A stretch of 64,000 bases of DNA from Azolla caroliniana (taxonomy: Eukaryota; Plantae; Polypodiophyta), in the NCBI GenBank assembly GCA_043228905.1, contig JBHGNT010000007.1, positions 18,786,001 to 18,850,000 of the forward strand, given 5' to 3'. Below, piece by piece: positions 12,832-24,915 of the stretch (positions are counted from its first letter, which is position 1; each line of letters begins with the position of its first letter). The position numbers were made by a program, and so were the translations under genes. The notes under the pieces were generated by a model that searched no databases, was not told the origin of the DNA, and was given only the letters and a program-made list of their open reading frames with translations.

Positions 12832-14469
12832 ATGGGCGATGGCAAGGACAGCAGCAGTTACCTCAGGTCTGTGTGTGAAGAGCCCTCCAACCTATACATC
12901 TTTATGGTTGCCCTAAGGTCATTCTTTCTTGTTCTAACAACGCACCTACTAGCAGGAGAAGTTACTACATCTTTGTCACCATCACCACCATCACCGCAAA
13001 TTCTCACCAAGCTCTCATGGACTCTGAGGTATTTCAACCCACTTAACCTTTCATGGCGCTATTACTCCATTCTCGCATATCGCTCCATAGCTAAAGATTG
13101 GGGCACTAAGCAACTAGCCATGATCAACTATGAACAACACCCTTTCGATCCTCCATTACCTTACATCTATGGAGAGTCTCTTGTTCATGATCTGAGTGTC
13201 CCAAGACTGGAAATGAGTGGGGTTTTTAGCTCTCAAGGCCTTCTCACACTTTCGTGTGCTTACCAAGGCGTGCTAGCGATGCAATATACCATCGCCACCG
13301 AAGGTATATCTTATTTGCCGAATGTTACGGTTCCGCTTGCAATCATGGGCTTCTTTAGGGTTTTGGTCTCTAAATGGGTCGCGAATAAAATTCATGTCGA
13401 TCCATATCCTTACCCTGTTCCCGAAGGGTCACTCCCACCCTCGCAATCACATGATTGGTTAAGGGCATTATGTGGTCAGTTTTCGAGGCCTAATAACTTT
13501 GAATTGACAAGATGGCCCATGTCATCATCTTCCTCATCATTCTCATCTTCATCTTCATCTTCATCCTCTTCATGCTCAACTTCATTGTCATGGTCATCAC
13601 CATCAACATCGTCGACACCATTATTCTCAGTCCCATCAAACAAGTGTACTCGATCACTCTCCTTATTGGACACCCCTCAAGAAGCGGCATCATCCACATG
13701 CTCATCCTCACACATATTACAATCTAACTCCACATTGTCATTGTTATCGTCATCGTCATCAAAATCGAAGATGTCCATACCTTCAAGCTCAAGTGCTCAT
13801 CTTGACTCTGAACAACAAAAGCAATTAGATTCCATTTCGTCAAGCTTGTTTACAATGCCCTCTAACTCTCCATTAACACCATCCTGGACACAAGATAGAA
13901 TACAACGTCCATGTCCTCGACGATTGTCAAGATCACCGTTAAGTAGATCAGTCTCATTTACGTCATTCTCTCCTACAAATGGACAACAGTTCTCATCACT
14001 AACACCGTCCATGAGTCCAACACCATTACTCTTAGAATCAAGAACACCAGATCACACTAGATCTTATAAGCAAGACGACACTCTACATCAATCTTCATCT
14101 TCGATGCGAAACCTTCCATACAATGATTATAGGTCTAACAAATATGTGGTATGTGCATGGTTCATGGTTTTACTTGGCGTCGTCATACTTTCTTGCTTAC
14201 CGTACAAGGTACGGAAGGCATATGGGTACCCAATAAAGTTGTTACTGTTTGCAATGCAATTGTTCTACCAATATATCGCGATAACAATGTTATTTTTCCA
14301 TGGCTATCTATTGTTTAAGGGGCCCCGAGCATTCGCAAACAGAGTCATGTGTTTTGATCATTGGACATTCAAGCTACAAACCATTGGCTTCTATTTACTC
14401 CTAGTTTTTGTGTTGGTAGTCTCTATCATTGATTTTATAAAGCATGGATTTTATCGGAAATGTTTCTAG
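12832..14469 (+). CDS. Intronless multi-pass membrane protein of unknown function (~545 aa) with a central Ser-rich region
   Basis: Uninterrupted ORF (open from 12607; likely ATG 12832, MGDGKDSS) in AT-rich surroundings; about 3-4 N-terminal and 3 C-terminal hydrophobic helices; no TE motifs. Confidence 0.8.
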   Translation: MGDGKDSSSYLRSVCEEPSNLYIFMVALRSFFLVLTTHLLAGEVTTSLSPSPPSPQILTKLSWTLRYFNPLNLSWRYYSILAYRSIAKDWGTKQLAMINYEQHPFDPPLPYIYGESLVHDLSVPRLEMSGVFSSQGLLTLSCAYQGVLAMQYTIATEGISYLPNVTVPLAIMGFFRVLVSKWVANKIHVDPYPYPVPEGSLPPSQSHDWLRALCGQFSRPNNFELTRWPMSSSSSSFSSSSSSSSSSCSTSLSWSSPSTSSTPLFSVPSNKCTRSLSLLDTPQEAASSTCSSSHILQSNSTLSLLSSSSSKSKMSIPSSSSAHLDSEQQKQLDSISSSLFTMPSNSPLTPSWTQDRIQRPCPRRLSRSPLSRSVSFTSFSPTNGQQFSSLTPSMSPTPLLLESRTPDHTRSYKQDDTLHQSSSSMRNLPYNDYRSNKYVVCAWFMVLLGVVILSCLPYKVRKAYGYPIKLLLFAMQLFYQYIAITMLFFHGYLLFKGPRAFANRVMCFDHWTFKLQTIGFYLLLVFVLVVSIIDFIKHGFYRKCF

Positions 14470-14716
14470 TTTTGATTGACAATGAAATGCATGGAAGTTC
14501 TTTCATCAAGCAAGTGGAGGGTAGATTCTCCCTGAATTCATTTAGCTTATTTCTAACATTCACGATGAGCTTTTGAGACATGATAGTTGTTAAAGGGCAT
14601 ATGCTCCTTACCTTGTAATTCAGACAAATACCTTTATTTGACTCTCAATGTATTACCACAAGAAATGAATACCCTTGTAATTTTCCATGGAGAGTGAATC
14701 AAGATGTTTAAGAGAA

Positions 14717-15680
14717 TACAATGGAATCTTGATTAAGTCAGTCAACCATCGAGGGACATATATGTTAGACCCATTGAACACACAAGAAAGACATACAATG
14801 GAATTGTGATTAATCATGCATGGAACATGAAGGCTTTGGTCAATCTAGTATTATCAACTACTAGATATAGTAATGATCACCTCCAAGTTGTCAATTTATC
14901 CTCACATGTATTCTTAGAGTGCACATTTTGTGATAAGTAATATTAGTACTAGTTGTATCGAGGGAGTTACGTTGTATTAAATTATATGTTGATTATGGAA
15001 AGGAATATCCCCACTGATATCAATTTACTTGCACATTTAATGTGACAATAAGAAAAAAACATAATATAATATATGTATTCTCTTTATCTTATAGTGAGAC
15101 ACTTTGACTATTATCTATGACAAATTGATTTGTAGTCGAGATCCCATCTAAGTTCAAAGGTACGAGTGCACAAAAGGACAATCATTATAATATAATCTCA
15201 TGCATAATAGAAAGTTTGGATTGACACATATATATCTCAATGAGTGCAACTCTATATGCCTAACTAGTCGATGCTCAATATTATCCTAGTAGGGTTGACC
15301 TTTGCACGATCGACCCACACAAGTTTTTCTAACATGATATAAGAGTTGAGACATTGATCTAGATTAAGACTATATAGGTAGTCATTGTCTAGCGAAACAC
15401 ACAGTGAGAGAGAAAGAGAGACCTTAATCAATCATGTTAATTGTTCCTTCATTTCTAGGTTAATGCATACAATGGGTTTGGACCACATATGTCTTGCCTC
15501 ATATTTTTATTATGACAAGATGTAATGTCTTGAGTGATGCTTAATCGGGGCATTACATCATATATTACCCGCCCTCATGAGATTTGTTTGTCCAGGAGGT
15601 GCACTTAGCTCATTGTTGGTTTTTGCTATTGTTACTCATCACTTTTTGGCGATGTTATCAAGTCTTGCAATTAATGGTGA
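14717..15680. repeat. Direct repeat copy B (partner at 10521-11990)
   Basis: Same blocks as copy A, in the same order and orientation. Confidence 0.92.
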
Positions 15681-15771
15681 CATCGTGGGCCAATTGGTTG
15701 CACATGTTTTCTACAAATGATTTTTCTTGTTTCTATGAGTCTCATGTCAGAATCTTGAGAAGGGATGCTCA

Positions 15772-18700
15772 TGTGGAGCCAATTTGGAATGTCTAGGATG
15801 GCAGGGATTATGGTCATAAAAAGCTCTATTTTCTTGAGGGAGTTGGAATATAAGACTTATATATTAACATGATGGCTCGTAGGTTTTCATTATTGCAAGA
15901 CATGTGTTTTGATGGCCACCATGTGATGGCAAGGCTTGAAATCATGACCTATGTGTACATATGCCAAGGACTTAACCATTAAACCATCTAATAATCGTAA
16001 GCATTTATTGTAACATGTTAAGAATTAGGTAATTAACTACAGGTTAATTAGCACCTAATTATGTGATTAAGTAGTGGAAGATTATGTGATGTGTGTGTAT
16101 GTATGCAATGTTAGGTGTAAAGGCCCGTAGTTCACAAATTAGGTAATTATTCGTATATGTGAACACATTGTTCACCTGGATAGGACACCTCCTTTTGTAA
16201 TGTGAACACACCTCTTTCTTTGTAGGGTTAACTAATATAATAACCTTTGTTTCTTGTGTACCAATCAAGGCGGTTGGGTACACCCAAAAAAATATGGGTT
16301 TCTACTCTCGTCTCTACTACAATCTTGTTTGCTGAACGTCATCAGTCAATAGCTGCTCCCTCAAACATCTCTCTTTACCTTTAATTGGTATCAGAGCCAA
16401 ATCTCTTTCCTTTGCTTTGCTATTTTTTTAGATTTAGAATCAACAGAAAACACAGTTAAAAAAAAAAACAATTATGTCAGACCCTTTCCTATTGGTAGTT
16501 TGCTCAATTTTCTGAAGGCATCTGTCATAAATCTTGGGAGCAATGGCCTCCACTTCAACTGAAATGAAAAGCTTCTTTGAAATCAAGAGATTTGATGGAA
16601 AAGGTTTCGAATTATGGAAAGCGCGTATGCTGGGTAGCCTCTTTTTGAGAGATTGTGAAGATGCTCTCGTGGAAAAGAAACCAGAGAGCTTGGAAAATGA
16701 TGCTTGGAACACTCTGAATAAGAAAGCCATTACATATATTAAAATGGCTGTTTCTGATGAAATTCTTGTAGATATAAAGGGCTTGATTACTGCCCATCAA
16801 GTTTGGGAGAAACTTAAGACAACTTACGAGAATACTACTCCTGTGAATCAGGTGCATTTGATGAGAAAACTTGTCGATATGAGGCTTGATGAGTCGAAAG
16901 GTGCAACAGAGCATCTATCGTTATTCACATGTACTTTCTCGCAACTACAAGATTTAGGATTACCAGCTTTTGATGTCAAGCTCAAAGCTATCTTCCTACT
17001 TATGACTTTACCCAATTCGTGGGAAACATTAGTTGTTTCATTATCTAATAGCCCCACCTTGACCTTCGATGGTGTGCGGGGCTCTATTCTCAGTGAAGAG
17101 ATTAGAAGACAATCTAGTGGAGAAGGTAGTGGTTCAACATACAATATTAGAGGGAGATATGATAAGAGGAACCGAAATATAGGACAAAGAAATAGAAGTA
17201 AGAGTAGAGGGAAAGGAAAGCAACAAGATATCGCATGCTATCAGTGTGGCCGTAAAGGTCATAAGAAACGTGATTGTAGATTTTGGAAGATGGAACTAGA
17301 AAGGAAGAAAAATGTAGGAGAGAAGAAAAATAAAGATGATAAATTTAATACAATAGAGAAAGCTAATATGGCTTCAAATGTTATCATCGAAGACCTATCT
17401 GGTGAAGATGGTGATGTACTTTGTATTACAGGTGATGCCTTCATAGCTCATGTTCAGAACATGCAAATCACCAAAACAGATGTTATTGATGCTTTATTGT
17501 CAATTGATGATGGATTGACATAGACATGGGTAGTAGACTCTAGGGCTTCTTTTCATGTTACTCCATGTTTGGAGTGCTTTACCACATTTGACACAAGCAG
17601 TTATGGAAAAGTTTATCTTGGTAACAATAGTGCTTGCAATATTGATGGTATTGAAACCATACACTTGTCTTTGGATAATGGTCAAGAGCTCGTGCTCAAA
17701 GATGTTAGGTATGTACCTGGCATTAAGAAAAGTTTGCTATCTGTAGGACAGATGGATTTTCATGGTTACACAACATTATTCGGTGGTGGATTGTAGAAAC
17801 TAAAGAAAGGATCTATGGTTATTGTGAAAGGTTGCAAAAAGGGCACTTTGTACTGTTTGCAATGTAAAGCCAAAAAGGACTTGAAGTCCTTTCTGCTCTA
17901 AAATGATTTGATGTTAAAGGATTAGAGCTGATTTTTTGTAATGATTGTCTATTTGGCAAACAAGTGAGAAATTCTTATTATTCTGGTGTCTCTCGTAAAC
18001 CAAATGTGCTAGATTTGGTGCATTCTGATGTATGTAGCATGCCTGTAAAATCCTTCGGCGGTGCTGCATATTTTATTTCCTTTATCGATGTAGGAAGATT
18101 TGGGTGTACTTGATGAAAAAGAAAGGTGATGCATTTAATGCATTTAAATCTTTTCATGCATTTGTGACTACCCAAAAAGGGACAAAATTGAAAAGTCTCA
18201 GAATAGATAATGGGGGTGAGTTTACATCGGCAGAATTTAAGTCCTATTGTGACTTACATGGTATTAAAAGAGAGTTTACAGCTCCATATAACCCTTCATC
18301 AAATGGGATGGTAGAAAGATATAATAGGTCCTTGTGTGAGCGAGTACGGTGCATGTTGTCCACAGCTAATCTCCCTCATGAATTTTTGGGAGAAGCATTA
18401 AAAACTGTGGTTCATATATGTAATCGTTCTCCCAACAAGTCCTTAAAGAATGGAATCCTTGAGGAGGTTTGGTCTGGCAAACCAGCCTCATATGACCATT
18501 TACGAATTTTCGGTTGTGATGCATTTGTACACATTAGAAGTGAGCTGAGAAATAAGCTCGATGCTAAGTCCACCATGGGCATTTTTATGGGCTATGGTGA
18601 TGAAGGTGAAATGGGCTATAGGATTTGGTTATCTCAATCTAGAAGAATTGTACACAACCAGGATGTTGTTTTTAATGAAGAAAAATTGCTGAAAATTGCT

Positions 18701-19848
18701 TGTTCCTTTGTTGGGAACTCTAAGAGCGTTACATTTTAGTAATTACAACCATCCACAAAATCTGAAATAAACCTCATGATGCTATACCAAAGGTTGAATA
18801 TGATGGTCGACCGGTTATCTTTGAGCCAGAAGAAGTTGGACAACAAAGAGATGCTCGTGAAGGTATTGGTCAATGAGATGAAGTACTGAAGAACAAAATA
18901 TAGATGTCAAACAACATGTTGGACATGGTTTGCAACAACTAGAAAGTGCTAAAACCGATTTTCCTCCAGATTTAGAACCAATCCCGGAAAATATTGATCA
19001 TTGGGTACATAGGTCTAATCGTTCAAGGAGGCAGGTATATAGATATGACCCCTCTTTGCAGTATGTCATGCTATCAGATGAGGGTGAACCTCTTACTTGT
19101 AAGGAGGCAATGTCATGTGGACTTAGCAGTAAGTAGGAGCTTGCAATGCAAGAAGAAATAAAATCTTTATATGCAAATGATACATGGGATCTTGTGTCCT
19201 TACCTCAAGGAAGGAAAGCTCTTCCAAAGAAGTGGGTTTATAAGGTAAAGGAAATTGAAGGGAAACCAAAATACAAGGCAAGATTAGTTTCCAAGGGTTA
19301 TGCACAGAAGGAAGGTATTGACTTCCAAGAGGTCTTCTCTCTTGTTGTGAAGATGACCACACTTCGTGTGCTATTTGCTCTCACTGCAATGCTTAATTTG
19401 GAGTTGTGTGGATGATATGTTGCTAGGTGGGAAAAGAAAGTCTAGTCTTGATGCTCTAAAAGATCAATTGAAATCGGTCTTCTCTGTGAAAGATTTGGGA
19501 AATGCAGAGCATATTTTGGGCATGAGAATTAGTAGAAATAGAAAGGACAATTTGTTGTATTTGTCACAAGAAAAGTACATTGAAAAAGTGCTTAACATAT
19601 TTAATATGGTAGAAGCAAAGTCTCTAGTTCCTTTACCGCCATATCTTAAACTTAGCAAGGCTGATTGTCCAAAGGATGAGATGGAAATCAATGCTATGAA
19701 GGGAATTCCTTATGCATCAGCATGTGGTTCTCTAATGTATGCTATGGTAGCTACTCGTCTAAATATTGCTTATGTAGTGGGAGTTGTTAGTCACTATATG
19801 TCTAATCCTGACAAAGCACATTGGGAGGCTGTCAAGTGTGTTTTCAGG
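15772..19848 (+). mobile_element. Ty1/copia retrotransposon C: 5' LTR (start uncertain), PBS, gag-pol; decayed, RT internally deleted, 3' truncated
   Basis: PBS TGGTATCAGAGCC (tRNA-iMet) at 16386-16398; gag FDGKGFELWK, Zn knuckle CYQCGRKGHKKRDC, protease WVVDS, integrase LRIDNGGEF, RT KYKARLVSKG; LNLEL jumps straight to (Y)VDDML near 19405. Confidence 0.93.
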
Positions 19849-22750
19849 TAAAACAACGAGACAAGATGGGGGATGATTAATATATTAAAAAGTATCATCA
19901 AATACAAAAATACCCACAATGAGGTATAACGGTGTACATGTGTGAGTAGAATATAGGTACAACGGTGTAAGTTCTATATTAAATGAACATGGGAGTGGAG
20001 GATCTACAATGTATCCCACTCAAGTACAAAATCCTATTTAAGGCTTTAAGGTCAACACACTAACTAGATTCTATCTAGGTAACTACTAGGTTACATGTGT
20101 TGACTAGCTAACTAAATATAGTTGAGCTTGATATCTCAACACGCCCCCTCAAGCTCAAGTGCGAGCCTTCTAACATCCGGTTTTGTTTTTGGCGTTGTCC
20201 GGTTTTTGATGTCGGCTTCTGTCTAGCTTTCAACATTTTCGGCTTCTTCGGCGTCGACACTTTTGTGGCAGTTTCAGTTCCTCCCCCTCAAGCTTGTAAC
20301 GAAGGCTTGAGTCAATTGCTTTCACCCATCATGGGTCACAAGCCACTTCTATAAAGCTCTCGGGCGCTTTTTCAGCCACTACCTTCATCGTGAAACATTG
20401 GGTCAATTGTTTTCACCCATCATGGGTCACGAGCCACTTCTGTGGAGCTCTTGGGCTCTTGTTCGGCTGCTACCTTCATCGTGAAGGCATAATGATGGGC
20501 CATGTACTTGTTGTAGTCGAGCCGAGCGACGAGGTTCTTGTCTCTAGTTACGCGTCGAAGTTTTTCGCTTGTTGATGTGAGCGTCTTCTTTACTCTGGGT
20601 GTCCGCATGATGGGTACACCAAACTCACTGTATAGTGAGGGAGCTGACACATCCGAATCATTGTCGTCGGGGTGATCGACTTTGTATTTGGGCATCTTAC
20701 CTTTGCATTTGCCCAAGGTCATACTTTGTCGTGACGCGCTTGGAATGCTTGAAGGCTCAGGTGAGCTTGGATTGTCCCTTGGTAGAGGACTTGTTCGAAT
20801 ATCGTCCTCTGAATTGACATTCAACTCTTCCTCGGCCGGGTCGGGTGGAGCCCAATTGGGCTTATACCATGATGCTGATTCGTCGAAGACTACGTCTCGA
20901 CTTACCCAAACCGCTCGGGTCGAAGTGTTATAGCACTTGTATGCCCTCTTCTCGGATGAGTATCTTACAAGGATACATTTCTCCGACTTCGTGTCGGGCT
21001 TCTGTCGGCTTTTGTTCAGGATGCGTACATTCGCAATGCTTCCGAACACTTTGAGGTGCGACAGGATTGACTTCCTTCCAACAAGGAGCTCGTATGGAGT
21101 TAGCTCATGTACTCCATTAGTGGTGCATCGATTCATGAGATAAACGGTTGTGGATGCCGCCTCGGCCCAATAGAGGTTCGAGATGTGTTTCTCATGTATC
21201 ATGGCGTGTGCTACCTTGAGTATTTGTCGATTCTTCCTTTTGGCGATTCCATTTTGTTGGGGTGTGTGTCGGCACGAGAATTCTCTCTGAATGCCTTCAC
21301 CTTGGAGGTAGAAAATGAATTCGTTGGAGAAGTACTCCTTGCCTCCATCCGATCGTAGGCATCGAATGTGCCGACCGGTTTCTTTTTCGACTTGGCCCTT
21401 GAGCTTTTGAAAGTGTGAGAGCACTTTGCTCTTCTTCTTCATCAGGAAGATCCACGTGTAGCGGGAGTAGTCATCGATGAAGGTGACATAGTATCGACAT
21501 CCGTCGATCGTCGACGTTTGAGCCGGTCCCCATGCCTCCGAATGTATGACATCGAGGAGGCCTTTGCGTACGTAGCTCTCCTTCAGGAATGGGAGTTGAT
21601 GTTGTTTGCCAAGTTGACACAGTTTGCAAACTTGGTCGACTCGTTTCGACTCGAAGGTTGGAAGTTCGATGAAGACTCCCTTTGATTTCATAGCTCAGAA
21701 CCTTTGGAGGTTGATGTGGCCGATTCTCTTGTGCCACAACTCAATGCTTGTCTCGGTTTTGAGACCTTTGGCATACATGGCCGATTTCACCTCATTCGAA
21801 TCGAGATTGAACATTCGATCGTCTCTTCGTCCCTTAGCTATGAGTGGGCCATCTTTCTCGATGAAGCATCATTCATTGTTGAAACGAACATGCATGCCTT
21901 GTTCCACAATTTGGCCAACTAAGACCAAATTCTTTGTTATTGTGGGCACATGCAAGACATTATTTATGCAATTGTTTTGGTCGTCTATGCTGAATGGAAC
22001 GTTGCGGATGTGCCGAATCGGATGTGTGATGTCGTCTCCCGTCTTTATGAAGCCGGGTCGATTGGGTGTGCGCAAATCATTGAACCACTCTTCATGGGAT
22101 GTCATGTGATGTGAGGCGCCGGAATCGATGAACCACATGTTTTTTGAGTTGGAGGTGCTTATAGGGTCGGAGACCATCATAGAGTTCATTTTATGTCTCA
22201 TTATGAATAGCCCACCATAGTCGTCGTATTCGGAGTTGGTGGCGTAATTTGTGATTTCTCAGCTTGTCGAAGCCGAGTCACTTCTTATCTTGCACCACTC
22301 CTCTTCGCGGTGGTCGATTTTGCCGCAATAGTTGTAAGTAGCGGGTCTCGTTTTCCGAGCTTGCTCGACATGGAAGCTCCCTCTTCTTTTGAAGGTTCCT
22401 TGATGGCTTTTGTCTTGTTGTCGAAGGTTTGAGTGCCCTTCGTGAGATGGGTCGAATTGACCTCTTCTACCGCCTCGACCTCGTCCTCGGCCACCATCCG
22501 AATTTGAGAAGAACATTTGTTCTTCCGATATCTTGCTTTTTGTTCAGACGTGGTTCTCTTCAACCAATAACATTGATTGGAGGTCGAAGAACGAAGGAGG
22601 GTTTTCCCTTGCTAGGATAGTTGTCCTTAACGAGTCGAATCGTTATGCGAGGCCACCCAAACATACTTGAACCATCTCACCTTCGTCGATGTTTATGTTG
22701 ATGGAGCCAAGCGAGTCGCAAATGCTCTTGAATTTGGCGGTGTAGTCTGA
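19849..22750 (-). mobile_element. Ty1/copia retrotransposon D (related to B): gag C-term, protease, integrase, RT/RNase H deleted, 3' LTR ~19849-20141
   Basis: WFIDSGASHHMT, CKLCQLGK, LRSDGGKEY, QQNGIAKRKNR; minus-strand PPT TTGAGCTTGAGGGGGCG followed by TGTTGAG at 20141. Confidence 0.92.
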
Positions 22751-22754
22751 TCAG

Positions 22755-23598
22755 TTTTATCAAGGACCATTTCCGTGCTCAAAATATCATCGTTGTATTG
22801 GATAAGCATAATGATAATCGAAAAGTCACTTTTAAGTGCTACTATGGGGGAAAATATCGCAACCCTCTAGGCTTGACTGATGATACTCACAAAAGACAAA
22901 CGAGGACTTCTCTAATGGACTCCCCATTCTTCGTTAGAGCAAACTTCTCGAAGAAAACGGGATAGTGGACTATTAAAAAGGCAGCTATTGTGCACAACCA
23001 TCCTATTTTCGACGATCTCGGTAGTATATCTACGGCTTGTAGACTAATTGAAATAGAAAAAGCCATTGTTTGAGACATGGCAAATGCTGGAACTGGTGTG
23101 GCTTCAACTCTGGCCTACTTGAGAGAAAAAACTGAAAATCAATAGACCACCAGGAAAGAAATCTACAACGAAAAAGTGGTTGCAAGAGTCGAGTTTCTTG
23201 ATGGGCGCTCGCCAATTCAAGCGTTGTACGATGAGATCTCCATTGGCGACTTTATCTTCAATGTCAAGGTGAACCCGAACGACTCAATCCGTGGCCTTTT
23301 CTTTTGTCATCAGAAGTCGGCAAATCTTGCCAGACGGTTTAATATGGTATTTGTCATGGACTGCACCTACAAAATGAATAGATTTGGCATGCCATTGCTC
23401 AACATCGTTGGAATTACGGCCACAAATAGCATGTTCAATGTTGGATTTGCGTTCATATGCAACGAGACGGAACCCATGTATGTTTGGGCACTGCAGTCAT
23501 TCGAATTTGTGACAAAACCATCAATAGTTGTAACTGATTGAGAACTTGCCTTGATGATTGCAATTGCTATCGTGTTCCCTTCTACAAAGAATTTGCTT
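22755..23598 (+). mobile_element. MULE/FAR1-type DDE transposase fragment (pseudogene)
   Basis: HNHP Zn-ribbon end, GLFFCH, VMDCTYKMNRFGMPLLNIVGIT, FAFICNETEPMYVWAL, IVVTD*ELALMIAI..VFP...LLC. Confidence 0.9.
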
Positions 23599-23901
23599 TG
23601 TAGTGGGGGGGTAGCCCAAATGAGGGGGCAAATAGCGCTTTCCTACAAAAATACCCACAATGAGGTATATATACATCTCATGTGCAAAGGTGCACATGTG
23701 TGAGTAGAATATAGGTACAACGGTATAAGTCCTATATTAAATGAATATAGGAGTGGAGGATCTACAATGCATCCCACTCAAGTACAAAATCCTATTTAAG
23801 GCTTTAAGGTCAACACACTAACTAGATTCTATCTAGGTAGCTATACTACGTTACGTGTGTTGCCTAGCTAACGAAATATAGTTGAGTTTGATATCTCAAC
23901 A
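23599..23901 (-). repeat. LTR of the copia D family
   Basis: Closely matches ~19904-20141 from TACAAAAATACCCACAATGAGG to GATATCTCAACA; left ends differ; no adjacent PBS or TSD seen. Confidence 0.85.
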
Positions 23902-23924
23902 TAATATAATATCATAAAGGGTAG

Positions 23925-24643
23925 AAAACTCATTCTAGAACTTCTCGACACATTCTAGAAAACTCAAGAGTGTTCCACGACCCATTGTATAATGAAGCCC
24001 CCTCACTTTTGTCGAACCATCCCAATTCAAAACCAGTCTAGAGTTCTCCAAGTAAGCTCTCTCTAGTATCTCTTTACCTTAATATATATATTTCATTACA
24101 TGGTTATTCTCTCTTTCTCTCTCTCTCTCTCTCTCTACTACTACTATCTCATATATTTCCTTCCATCATCATTCTCTCTTGCTCGCTCTATCCAGTAATA
24201 TCTCATTTGTTCCTTTCATCATCACAGTGACTCTTGCTCTCGTTCTTTCTATTATTATCTTGCCTCAGTTATGATAGTTTGAAGACTTAGGTTTACTAAT
24301 AGTAACACTTTGATTTACCCGACGTCATAGCCTATGAGGACAATTCACCGCTATATGTCCTAGACCACCATGATATAAGCAAAGACGAACTTCTCCATTT
24401 GAAGTGGCATAAAATCAAGGCTTTCCAATTCAGAGACAACAAGCATAAAATCTTGTTGGCTAACAATGGCCATAACTATATAACCCTTAGGAAGTGGTTA
24501 GGGAAAAGGGACTTCCGGTTCAAACTGTTAGAATTGAGGCAAGGTAACAATAGAAAGAGTGATGATGAAAGGGATAGAAGAGATAGTAATGGATAGTGTG
24601 AGTGAGAGAGAATGATGATGGAATGAAATATGTGAGATAGTAG

Positions 24644-24677
<34 letters not shown>

Positions 24678-24860
24678 AAAGGAAATATATTTTAAGATAA
24701 CAAGATACAAGAGAGAGCTTACTTGGAGGACTCAAGACTAGTGTTGAACTAGAATGTTCAACAAGAGTGAGGGGGCTTCATTATATAGTGGGGTGTGGAG
24801 CATTCTACGGTTTTCTAGAATGTTCTGGGAAGTTCTATGAAGTTCCAAGAAGTTTAGAAT
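23925..24860. repeat. Diverged inverted repeat: two ~350-bp LTR-like arms (~23925-24285 and ~24518-24860) around a ~230-bp spacer
   Basis: CTCCAAGTAAGCTCTCTCT vs AGAGAGAGCTTACTTGGAG; TATAATGAAGCCCCCTCACT vs AGTGAGGGGGCTTCATTATA; (CT)n vs (AG)n. Confidence 0.85.
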
Positions 24861-24915
24861 GCTCTTTATTTCTTTTGTGGTTGGGCCTCACGGTTAAGAA
24901 AAAGCCGAACCATCA

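Noticed and set aside
13476-14012. Overlapping acidic or Met/Ile-rich ORFs
   Set aside because: Alternative-frame shadows of the (TCA/TCT)n Ser tract
10521-15680. Direct repeats as LTRs of a gene-carrying retrotransposon
   Set aside because: No TG..CA termini, PBS, PPT or TSD found by eye
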